A stretch of DNA of 63,681 nucleotides, taken from NCBI GenBank assembly GCA_013115125.1, contig JABANN010000134.1:1-63681 (forward strand), in the 5' to 3' direction. Made by a program: the position numbers and the translations under genes. Source of the DNA: Perkinsus olseni (taxonomy: Eukaryota). Below, one piece after another: positions 24,965 to 36,714 of this stretch; positions within the stretch are counted from its first letter, which is position 1, and the number at the start of each line of letters is the position of its first letter. A model generated the notes under the pieces. That model saw only the letters and a program-made list of their open reading frames with translations. It did no database searches and had not been told where the DNA came from.

Positions 24965-26151
24965 GGTTTTGCAAGGCTCCGAGCACAGGTCCCTGAGCAT
25001 GATGACAGAGCCAAGGCTTTGTTGGGGTCCTTGCAGGAGATTGGTGATTACGTTAGCAAGCTTGACGAGGCGCAGCAGGAGGCCGCCAGGCTGTTCCGGA
25101 ACGAGCTCATGGCGCCGACGAGTTGTGCCATCAATCATGATGTAACGAGCTTGGGGTTACTTGAGGGGTCTCTTCTTAGCGTAGTTTTTCTCATTCGTGG
25201 TCCGAGTCGCAGACCTTGCATCGGTCTTGCTGTGACGGTATTCGTGGGAGCACTAACGATAGTAGGACCAGTTCAGAATTGACGAACTCGATAGGCCTGA
25301 AAGAGCCAATATATGAAAAGGGGCAGCTACTTAATATTCTTCTTCTCAGTACTCTCAAGCATGCACGTTATTTGTGAATCAATTAAACGCTATCCACGAG
25401 TCGATTCTAGACGCCCAGTGTGAGCTCGCTGGTGCGGTATGCTTCGCTGAGGAGATGGTGGATCGGAACCATGATATACAACGTCGCCTCCTGCAACGGG
25501 ACAGGAGTAATGGTCAACTTAAGCGATGTATCATGAACGTTGAGGAGCTCTCACAGAAGGCTTCCAAACACAAGGGCCGCGACTATGACCGGCAGATCGT
25601 CGAGGTACGGCTACTCAAGCTTCTCGTGTGCTACTGCATCAAAGGCGGCTCTCAGGCACTTGACAAATACCACGCAGCTGAGCGAGAGGCAGAGACTTTG
25701 GACCGTTGTGTCACGGCGGATCTCAAGGCACTTATTGAACACCAGAACACTGACTACGCGAGGGTCTTGGCACCGGTAGGCAGCTCTTACGATGGTCGAT
25801 GTGACGCATTCTTCTGGTCAGTTCTCTCGGTATCTTGGGGTCGCTGCATCGACTGAAGCCAACACGGCCTATATACTGGCAAAGAAGGTACCTAACATAC
25901 TTCGCTCCGCCGTCCACGAAGATTTAACCTCTAATCGGCCGCCTTGTGTACCGAAGCCGAACGAGGATGAGGAGGGCGTTTCGGCTGCTGGCGGTACCAT
26001 CGATGCTCGTCTAGAGGAGACGCCTGATGATGCATGCAGGAGAAGGGCTAGCGGCACCGCGAGCCAACCTGATAATAGTGCCGAGGCTCCCGGTGGAGGC
26101 TCCGCATCTATTGATGTCACCGAGGACGGTCGGCAGGGACCAAGTTGTTAG
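24963..26151 (+). CDS. BAR-like paralog F, inverted relative to the array; start codon ambiguous
   Basis: Exon FARLRAQVP...KLDEAQQEAARLF aligns with paralog E. Later exons YSQACTLFVNQL..RDRSNGQLKRC..|ALDKYHAAE..TDYARVLAP|FSRYLG. ATG 24963 is one base out of frame with the first exon. Confidence 0.65.
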
Positions 26152-27527
26152 ATTAAGCATTGCCCGAGAGTCGAGGGGCGTCACGCACCCGGTGACTGAG
26201 TCAGCTTATCATTTTGTAGTAGTCCCTAGAAGGCGACTGAGACAGCCGTGTACATTATCCGCCCATAATTTTTAACTGCCCACTCGAGAGCTGGGAGTTC
26301 GCAAAAGTCGAACCCTTGTGTGTTTTTGTGCCAGATAGACGACTCACTCTGTGCTCTCCCGTTGATGTCTTGTTAAATCTATTGTATACTCATACGGGAG
26401 TTTCCTTGCCAAGCGGTTGGGTTTCAGTGTAAAAATTCAGCAGCACGGTGGCTCTTGTCGAGTAGAAACAAGGAGGTGGCGCTTCACTCAGTAACTGGCT
26501 CTGCAGGCGACTTCAAGTTGCCTTAGTCATCTTGTCTCCTCACTTTCATCTGGTACGAGGGTAAGATGATGCTGAATGCTGTCGCAGGGGTCGAACGCTT
26601 GCTCTTGGCTTTCCTGGTTGGTCGGGATTGCTCTCACTGCGAGTTTTCTTGGATTCTCGCGAACCCATTCACGTCAAGCTTCTTTCAAAACACGCCTACT
26701 AAACTAGTCTTTTTGAACGGTTAGTTCTCTTGAATTGGGCATTACGATTTTCACAGACCTGCGAGCTTCTTCCAAATGCTTCATCTTCTCCGAACCTTTT
26801 CCTGCTGCTCGAGACCCACAAGAGAGGTCCGCCACAGGAAGTCCTTCGCGACCTGAGAGTCTTCGTCATATGCTCAACGCGAAGTTGACAGCAGTAACAG
26901 CTTAGTTGTGATGACTGTAAGACGCTAGTGTCACAATGTCTCGTTTTGCACAATAGCTGGGCAAGCTACTGCTGTACACGAAGTCATCATTGTATTGTAT
27001 TTAGAGTGAGTGAACGCTATTGTCATCTGCAGGTTTGATTCTTTGTTGTTGTTTTTACTGTTATAAGAATGGATTTTGCTGAAGAAGGCGATTGGAGGAT
27101 CCTCTCCTGTAGACAGGGTAGCAGCGGAAGATGCGGATCTCTGCCGTGACGGTGAGGTCACCTCATTACTTCTCGTGGATTCGTTCTCTGCCATAGAGAA
27201 AAATCGAAACTCGTAACTGAAAATCTCGGACCACCGCAGGTAACGGGCCGCGGCCACCAGGTTGGGCCAACGCCAATCTAACACAACAACAAGCATCGAA
27301 AATAAGGTCTTTCACTCAAAGAAGATGTGTTATAAAAATAAGAATTCCACCACACAACGGCAGACCTAGTGGTGCGGGCCAAGACGATGAGGTGACGATG
27401 AACTGTAGCGAGACTAATGCCCCGCGAACTAAAATCTTTCAAACTCGCCAAGAGCAGACATTCGGGATAAGCCAGCACTGCTCTTGGCCTGTCTCTTGCA
27501 CAAATCGTTATGATGAGTAGTAGTCCC

Positions 27528-28908
27528 TTAGCATGTCGACTCAACCTTCGCCACAGGGGTGGTGGTTGAAGCACTACTACATTCGCCTCTGTCAGTCAAG
27601 TCTTTACTAGCAGCTTCTGCCGCCTTCTTGTTAGCCCTCACTTGCTCCTCCCTCAGCGCCTTGTTACGATCCACAGCTTCGGGTATTTCCTTGGTAAAGA
27701 CTGGTACGCACGAGGCTGAGGACTGGACGTTAGTCGCTATGTAAAGGCACATCTGAGAGAGTGCTCCATCACGATAGAAAGGGGAAAAGTCCAACTTCTA
27801 TATTCAGACTTTTCTCCAGGAGATTTACGACCATATGCGCCGAGATACCCACCAACTGCCAGCCTCAACAATTCCCATGTAGTTTTACGTTCTCCAGTAT
27901 TTGAGAAAAGTCCGCTTGACGGCCCTCCAACAGCGAAGTGACTGCCGATCGACAGGAGTCGTCGATGCTTTGGAAGTTAGACACGGCATCCTCCTGCTTG
28001 ACCATGTTCTGACGAAGAAGAGCAAGTCACCCGCTTCTCCCGACGCCACAGTAGCACTACCCTCTTTATTCTGTCCTCCAGTGCCTTCTTGGGCTTCTTA
28101 GCTTGCTCTTCGTTCAACGCAGAGAGCTTCTCTTTGTAATGGTCCACAACCTCAGCGGCCTTGTCCCTTTCGTTGAACTGTGTGACCAGGTTAGTAAGTC
28201 TCTCTACCAGCGTCTCCGCTACCGCAATGGAGTCGTTGAGCAAGGACCTAGTGTTCTCCTTAGAGGCTCCCATTATCTCTATTTGACTGGCAAATAGCTC
28301 TCCCACCTGGGCATACTGAAGGCGCAAGACAACAAACATTCACAGGCCGCAGCGAGACAGAGACTCTCTCACCTGAGGGGAGGTGTCGCTGTAATTAACC
28401 GGAAAATCGCCCTCGCTGAGAGGGATGAGGAAGCTCCTTGCCTGCCGTACTACATCATCTCGAATAGCACCCATCTCATCGACATTCCTTTGGAAGTTGA
28501 CGAGTGTGGCGTGCAGATCCTGAAGAGCACGGCTGCTTTCAATAATATAATCCTCTGCCACCCAGAGACTCTCGAGGGTTGAGATGGTGACGAAGTCACG
28601 ATGCAAAAAAAGTCAAAGGGCAGCCTAGCTGTGCTCCTCACTGAGAAGCCCTCAGTGACCTCAAACACACCGTTGCTTGGGCGTAACGAGTACTACTGTC
28701 TCGGTTCCAGCCCTACACCCGGTCATTGATGCCCACCTTTGCTTTGGCAAGATACTCCGTCACTTCTTCTCGCGCTTTTTGCAGAGGATCCTTCTTGTCT
28801 GGCTTCACTCCGAATACCTGTCAAGTCGGTCAATGATTCCGCACCGTGGACTACCGCCTAGCATACCGAGTCTTTGAAGTCTCTAACGGTCTTACTATAG
28901 AATGGCAT
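27528..28908 (-). CDS. BAR-like coiled-coil protein, paralog G
   Basis: MPFYSKTVRDFKDS..VFGVKPDKKDPLQKAR...FNERDKAAEVVDHYKEKLSALNEEQAKKPKKALEDRIKR|..|MCLYIA. Confidence 0.75.
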
Positions 28909-29188
28909 TAATTGGTAATATAATACTGCGTGACAGAAGCCTCTGGCGGGTCCATGCATCCTCACAAGTTCATTGAAATCACTGGAACCCGGAGCTACTC
29001 CCTCTGAAGGTGAAGGCAAGAGCCGCGGAAGAAACTTGTCTTGCTACTAGTACATCAAAGGGCAAAAGAATGCCTCGAGAACAGTACAGCCCGAGCCTTT
29101 ACGCGAGCCGCAGTTGAATGAGCTTCTGAGCACTACTACATACACTCGAGAGAAAACCCCCAACATGGGTACAGTGGAAGGGCATAAA

Positions 29189-30453
29189 TCACTGCCTTGC
29201 CGCCTCATCCGCCGGGGTGGCTGGTGAGGGATCAGGCTTAGTAGTATCTTTGGTCTCAGCAGTACTCGGTTCCTTATCAGGCTCATGATCTCCCTCAGTC
29301 GAGGACGCTGTTGGGGTGGCTACTTCGGACGGCTCCTTGGCCGTTTTAGAAGTAGTAGGCGCCTCTGCAGGTTTCTCGGCGGCCTAAGGGAATCACGTGT
29401 TCGGCTTCCCACGAAGGCGATGATGCTACCTTGGCAGCCTCTTCCCTAGCAGCTCGTGCCTTCTGCAGATTATCCTTACTGTCTTGTATCATTGCTGGTA
29501 TCTGTTCCTCGAAGGCCGGTATGGCAGCCGCCTGTGATTTGCTGTTCTTGGCGATGTAGGTGCACATCTACAAAAACAAGACATCAGCTACTACTACCGT
29601 TGCCAGCGCTCACCTTCTGAAGGATATTCGCAAAGTCAGTCTGACGATTCTCCAGGACCTGGTTGGCCTCGGTCCTCACTTCAGTGTCGACACGCTTGTA
29701 GGCCTCCACAGCGTTCTGCTGCTTCACCAGATTCTAAAGGAGCGAGAGTCTTCCTTCACTGGTCAGCCCCATCGCCTTACTCTCTTAATCCTGTCATCCA
29801 TATCCTTCTTAGGCTTGCTAATATGCTCCTCGCTCAAAGCCTGCATCTTCACCTTATAATGGCTCATCAGTTCAGCGGCCTTATCCCTCTCGTTGAACGC
29901 TGTGGTCAAGTCATCAAGCCTTCTCTGCATGGCGGAGGCCTCACTAACCGCGTCATCCAGCAACTGCCTTGTATCCTTCTTAGAGTGGCTTATGCTGTCT
30001 ACCTCCGATGAGAACAGATTCCCAACTTTGGTCAGCTGAAAATCAAAACAAATGCTGTGAAACGAACAGACTGACGTGACCCAACTGACCTCGGGATCTG
30101 ATGCAACCTGCAGCCCTCCCTGCTGATCCATCGGCAGCAAGAAGGCCTTTGTCGTCTTCACAACATCTCCCCGTACACCGTCGAGCTCGTCATTGGCCTT
30201 AGCAAACGCCTGCAGGGTTTGACAGAGTGCCTGAATAGGGCGGTTACCACCAATCCGGAGCAAGTCTCCCGGCCTACCTTGGCATCCTTACTGTACGCAT
30301 CAACTGCTAGACGAGTGGCCTTCAGGGGATCCTCATCCTGCTCCTTCACGCCGACGATCTGAGACAAAGTTCCTTCGATCAAGCTTGATGGTGTGGAGGC
30401 ACCGAGCCTACCGAATCTTTCAAGTTCCTGAACACTTTACTTGAGAATGGCAT
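29189..30453 (-). CDS. BAR-like coiled-coil protein, paralog H
   Basis: MPFSSKVFRNLKRFG..QIVGVKEQDEDPLKATR...FNERDKAAELMSHYKVKMQAL..KDMDDRIKR|NLVKQQNA..|MCTYIA; ends ADEAARQ*. Confidence 0.75.
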
Positions 30454-30618
30454 ACTTTCTAATTAGATGAAGAAATACTAAACTGAGTCAACCAATGATC
30501 CATTAGCCACTCCCCGTGGACAGCTATTCTACCACTAAAACGAAACAAGAAGCCTGCATAGGAACAGCAGACGTGGGAGACGTAGACCGAGCTTCGGTCG
30601 ATCGGACGGAAGGAGAGG

Positions 30619-32249
30619 CTACGACCTGAGCCGGGCCTTCTTCGGAGCTGGGGCCCCCTCCGAATCTCGGTTCTCATCATTGTCGTCATCGTCTTTCTTC
30701 ACCACTGGAGGCATATCCGGATCTACATCCTCCTCGTCCTCCGACTTATCATTCTCATCGGGGTCACTGGCAGCCTCCGCCTCATCTCCGGCGTCCAACC
30801 TAACTGGATATCGTTGTGCAACTCTAGGCTGACTGCCTTAGACAGCGGGATGCAGCAAAGCAAGACAACCCGTTGCCCAAGTTGTCGCTATGAGAGCAAC
30901 CCCGCGGTACTACCCCAACAACCGACGGAGCTCGTCCCGGCCAATAGCGTCGAGGACTTCATTAGAACCATCCGAGAGTAAACTGTCAGCGTCATCGCTT
31001 TTTAAGCCTAATATTGCTGTCATGTCGACATCCTCGCCCTGAAAGCAACCACTGAGCGAGACGTCCGCCTCCAACCCATGCTTACATCCCGTCCTTTGTC
31101 GTCTATCACTTCAACCTGTTCAAGCACGTCAAATATCTTCTTGCGGTAATTATCCACCTGGACCACAGGGCAGCCCTCTGAAGACAGTCGAGCCTCCAAA
31201 AGGCCATCAAAGGTTTCGAAGACAGGACCTACCGAGATCGATGACCTGCAAGGACTTGATATCCTTCAGCGCCTTGAACTCCTCCACGGTCTCGATGGAG
31301 TTGCCACGGAGTAGTAATAGCCGAAGGGCTGATAAGTTGACCAACTTGCTGAGAGAAACTCGACGATGAAAGCAAGACAGCTGGCGTGGCAAAGCCGGTG
31401 TGGCTAGCAAGAGATAGAGCGACCCTTTGCGCCTTCAGCCTACTCGAGAACGTCCGCCGTAAGCTTATTCTCGCTCAGATCGAGCGTTTCTACGTTGGGA
31501 AGCTCAGGAAACGGGGCCTGTATCTCGGTGAGGCCACAGCAAGTTAAGTTGACCAGAGTTAAACTCTTGCACCTGACATAACGATCATTCGGTGCCCTCT
31601 ACCCAAACCTTCACAAATGCACTATGGAAGTGGCCTCCCACTACTTCGAGATGTCTCCGGACATGTCCGCTTTCGTAAGCTTTGGTAAACTATCCTCGTC
31701 GAGCACGACTTCGGGGAGATCTCCCGGCTCGCAGCCCTGGCATACAGAAAGCCATACTTAGCAAGTCTCATCGCTCGACCGATTTTGAAATCACTTGATT
31801 TTCAGCCCGATGACATACAGATTATTTCACGCCTGCTGTTAACGCTACGCTAGCTGGCCCTTCCTACACATTTTAAAAATACACCCCGTATCAGCCTATG
31901 AAGGTCGGGGCTCCAACAAAACAAAGGCGCAAGGTGGATAGCACTCCCCTAAGAACCGTATCTTATGGCTAGCAACCAGCGAAGCTTCCTCAACGTGTCG
32001 GGAACTGATCAACCAAACCCTTTAAAAACAGATCGAGAATACCGCGATCGACTGAGACCGATTGAACCGGAAAAGGGTCGAAGACTCCCAAGTTGAAACG
32101 ACTCTATCCTAGTTAAACTAGCCCAAGGGTCCATATCACACCATGCGCTGCTAACTAGGAGCAAACGTTGAGCGAATCATTACCTCTTCGGCACAGCACA
32201 TCTTCACGATGGAGTCCATGCTACTTTTAGACTCTTCCTTCGATACCAT
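30619..32249 (-). CDS. ANP32-like acidic leucine-rich-repeat nuclear protein
   Basis: LRRs (LPNVETLDLSENKL, LSALRLLLLRGNSIETVEEFKALKDIKSLQVIDL), LRR cap GCPVVQVDNYRKKIF, acidic tail and C-terminal basic NLS-like PAPKKARL. The first intron is about 440 nt. Confidence 0.75.
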
Positions 32250-32541
32250 GAACGTGCTGGAAGCTCTTACTGAGTGGATACGGGAGTGAAGGAGATGGTG
32301 GATCTCAGATACTGAGAAATCACAAGATCTTGCAAGATGTGCAAGTTACCACAGAACGGGATCGCCACGGAAGCCGTCTCCGCGCCATGATCCACCTATT
32401 GTAGCCTGTAAAACCTGTCGGTTGTAAGAACTTCACTTCTGCTTGATCAGGAGTTCTTGAACAACTCCTGGTTGTTTTCCGATCAAAGCCGATAGAGGGC
32501 TCGTTTTCCATATAACATCCTGCAACATCGCCACACCGGGG

Positions 32542-34087
32542 ATGGATTTTCTCGCCGCGATGAGGTCAGTTGAAGCTATTTCGTGCTATCCGCGATGCAC
32601 CTAACCTCGTCGATATCTGTCACCGTCATCTACCTGGCCACGTTATCCCATGGCCTCACGAGAGGAGGCCCACTTCGGAAAAGGAAGAGGTCCAGCAGCA
32701 GTAGCAGCAGTGATCTCCAGCCTGAAGGTGCTATGGAGGTTGATGCTGGCAAAGCGAGTGATCGAAGGCAGACCGTTGTCATATCTAGAGGTCTTCAGGG
32801 AAGTGGCAAAAGTAGTGGGGTATTTTGTCTCGAAAGAGCGGGGTGATGTATCTTTGGTAGGCACTGCAATGCGGACGGCTGCCATGCTACTCGGCGGAGA
32901 CTGGCTCAATCAGGACGAGTTTACGACCCCCGGCGGAAACTGGAAGGCCGATAGGGCTAGGTTCTTTGACAGCATATCGAAAAGCACCAAATGCGGAAAG
33001 CCTTATGTTTTCGTCGACCGCATGAATACGCTGAAGCAGCATAGGTAACTGTCTTAGACCAGCATGGAGACCACGGTTTCGCTGATACCAGTGAAGTTCG
33101 TTGGATCCTCCCGAACGTTATCTTGATCAGGCGCGACGTTCAAGACCAGATCGAGACCTGCAATGGAGAGTCCCCCAAAATTGTATATCTGCAGTGGATG
33201 CATCCTGCCGATGAAGGCTGCAGCGATCCGGTGAAAGGAAGCCGTTACCGCGAAGTCTGCTTGACAAACCTGCGCAACAGGGCTGGGAGGCATAGGGTGA
33301 GCCTTGACCGTACTCCCGCTGGTCTTCGTGTATGTGTGCCGGGCACAGACGACAGTGGTTTCAGAGCATACCGTCGAACGCTCCCATCGAGAAAATCTTC
33401 GATGCTTCCGCTAAGAAAGTGCAAGCGGTAAAGGAAGATGAGCTTGTAGAGTATGGGGCCGAGATATCCAATGTTGATGTGACACTAGACCGTTACGGGA
33501 TGGTGAATGAGATACTGCGAGTGCTCGGCAGAGACAAGGACTTCACAGAGGAACAGATAAGTGATGCTATGCAGAAAGTAGCTGACATCGAGAAAGACAT
33601 GAAACCTGTTGCCAATGGACCCAAACCCAGAATGTTCCAACTACAGCTCAGCGAAGAATCCACCAAGAAGTTGAGGGATGCTGTAGGATTTGAAACATGG
33701 GATTACATGAGTGAGAAAGGCATAAGGTCAAATGAGAGATTCCATGTTACGCTCCTGTACAACGCCCGGCCTAATAACCCTGATGATGCTACTGCTGAAC
33801 TCGAGAAACAACTCTATCCTCTAGCTGGTGAGGCATTCTCGTTCGAGGTGTCTTCGGTTGTTTGCTCGGGTGCCAGGGTTTGTGCGGTGCCAGTGGAGTT
33901 CCACGAACGCATTCCTTGTCGTAATGAACATCCTCACATCACTCTCGGGGTAGGCCAGGGTGTCGCGCCCAGAGAGAGCAACGACATGCTATTGGGTACG
34001 GATCCTGAAAGACATCCACCTAGTCAGATCCACGAGTGGACCCTAGAACGCCTTGAGCTGGATGGAGTCGTACGGGTTATCAATTGA
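32542..34087 (+). CDS. Polynucleotide kinase-2',3'-cyclic phosphodiesterase (Trl1-type healing domains, no ligase domain)
   Basis: Spliced P-loop GLQGSGKST, WLNQDEF and VFVDRMN..KQHR. The C-terminal 2H phosphoesterase has two HxT motifs (FHVTLLY, PHITLG). Confidence 0.75.
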
Positions 34088-34903
34088 TCACCATTCACTG
34101 ATTCTGTGGCCTTGTAACTTCTCTTGTGCAACTACCGCGCATACTGACTCCTGCTTCTAGAACGTTTATGTTGCTATGTTCTCGCTGTGGCTTCTGCTTC
34201 AGTGCATGACGTAGGTTAGTTCTCACTTGCATTAACGTGATTTCCTTTTTCCATGCATGTTTTTATCCGATTTGATGTGAAGGTGTAGACTCGCCTAACG
34301 ATGTAACAAGACTCAGCTCACCCGAGTCTGTTGTTATTTACGCCTCTAGGGTTTTATTCCGTTCGACGGTTTTTACCTATCCGGTGTAGCCACATGAGAT
34401 TGTTTTGTTTTGGAGTAGGGTTCAATTCAAAACTGTTAGGATTGTCGTGTGCTTGTTATCTGGATTGTTCTTACGAATTTCAAATTCGATTGGCTTTGGC
34501 TCCTTTGGCTTTCGATCACCAAGATCCCTGTAGGAGATTCTCTTTAAGAGAATCGTATGCACGCCACAGTCGTCTGAGGCTCGTCTAGCCTGACCTCTCT
34601 TGAGCATCCAAGCGGGGGTCGAGGCATCTACACGGGTCAGAGGGACTTTCTAAGGGGTTCATTCTTCTTCCTGTGCACTATACCACTCTATCTCGTCCAT
34701 TTGCTGTCCATCCGTCACATCTCACATGTCGGATCCTTCATCATAAACGCTTTATGTATCACTTGCGTTTGGTAGAGCGCCTTTCAATCTATTCACTGTC
34801 CGCCCTAGCAGGTATCCACATCGGTCTCAGTCCTGGTGAATCCGTGTATCCCGCGAAAGTCGAAAATCTCGTAGTATCTTTGTGGATGGCTTGTTCTTGA
34901 GAG

Positions 34904-36488
34904 ATGGATTCTACTCATCCTGAACTTGCTATCGTCGAAATTATATCGCCGCCCAAGGATGAGTTCGAGGTAACCGAAGCTGGCATTAGAGCCAGGCCTT
35001 ACACCACTACGAAGATTGTGGACTGCAAGAAGCGATGGCGTGGACGTACTAGTGGGGCTGGTCTGGCACTTTCATGGCGTGGTGTTGTGTAGTCGGCCTT
35101 CTCGGAGAGACCCTGTTCGGTCCTTACTCAGGGACTCTGAACGATATCATGTCCGTTGAGTTCGCGTTGGACTCTGAGTACATCGGAAGAGCCTGCCGAG
35201 AGGGTAATTTGAAAATTCGAAGGTCAGGGAAGAACTCCGTGCCTCAACGAGCAAAATCAGGTGGCGCTTCCCACGCCAGGTCGTCTAACTATGTTCACTC
35301 GTCCTTGCGTCTATGCATGCATTAAGCGGTGAACTACCGCCGATAACCTCTATAGCTGATTTCGGTTGGTCTTCTTCTATCAGAAAGCCTGCTCAAGAAT
35401 GGAGATAGTCTCGTACACACGTGGAGGGTGGAGGAACCTCGGATCGACTTTGCTTGCGGAGAGACAGGGGTACTTTTCATTCGGGACGACCCCATACAAG
35501 GGATAATAGCGGTACTACCACGAAGTCACTGTATTCCGGGATCTGCTGATTCCTCTACTTTGAAGGTACACAAGCCGGCCGGGCTCCCGACCCACTCCGG
35601 CGGCAAGTACATGAGGACCTCACTCGTACATATCTTGGCGCGGTCGCTACACATACCCACAATCCGGCCTATAAATAGACTGGATAGGGAAACCAGTGGC
35701 GTGGTTCTACTAGCTAAGGATGCTGCTGTGCACGAGAGGCTCAAAGATAGATCTCTACTCGGTAAAGTGTATGTGGCCGATATTGGAGAAAAGGCCTCCC
35801 AGGTAGAAGGGGAGGGGGAGTTATCGAACATGTGCCGCAACGTAGTAAATCGTAGTAACATCCGTCTATCGGTCCAATTCGAAGCCGAAAATCGCTCCCA
35901 GGTCAGTGTTGGCAGGTGCCATCTTCATGCCGCGCTCCGATAGTGGTGGATCGGCACGTGCCGAACCAACCTCTCATGTCGCGTGTAGTGGAGGAATCTG
36001 CCGAGTAAGTGCAAGAGGAGCGGCCGCACTCTCCCGTGACAGGAGGCGGTGATGGGCGTCTCGATATCCAGGTCAACTCCGTGTACCACACTCTTCCGTG
36101 ATCTCGGTGGCGGAATCGTTGCATGCAGGCCAGTGACTGGAAAAACCCATCAAATTCGGGTAGTGCTGAGGTCCTCATATCCCGTTATTATGCGTTGTGT
36201 GTTAGGTACATCTATCCCACATGGGCTCCCCTATCCAAGGCGACACTCTGTATGGCGGTGCAGGGACTCCCGAGGGGAGGCTCAGACTTCATGCGCATTG
36301 CTATCGGGTGAAGGATCCCGATCAAGGTATACGTCACTTTTCTACCAATATCAATGCGCACTTCTGAATTCATTCTTTCAGGGACCTCGGTGGACTTCAT
36401 CTCGCCCATGCTACCCATGTGGTGTACTCCTGCTGAGGGATGGCAGGGTAAGTTAGAAGCCCTCCTCACTGCAAGTACACCCGGCTGA
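34904..36488 (+). CDS. RluA-family RNA pseudouridine synthase
   Basis: HKPAGLPTH, catalytic INRLDRETSGV, KVYVA, PVTGKTHQIR|VHLSHMGSPIQGDTLYG, LRLHA. The 3' end is approximate. Confidence 0.88.
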
Positions 36489-36714
36489 GCGGGAGCGGAC
36501 CACAAGTCGATAAATCGTGGAAAGACATTAAACCACATTCCGTGCGCTCCAGTGGACGAGGAGCACTACCGAGGAGAGACCCATCAGGGTTCCTAGTTGA
36601 TAGCATCGTTTCTGTGGTTAGAACTGCCGTGAGTTGGGTTACTGAAGGTTGCTGATACGCTCACTGGGCGATATTATTGGGACTAACGACAGATCTTCGT
36701 ATGAGGAATAGGAT

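Noticed and set aside
24965-25138. N-terminal 58 aa of minus-strand ORF 24680..25138
   Set aside because: It is the antisense shadow of paralog F's first exon; family similarity in E starts at MKHMDGDRL.
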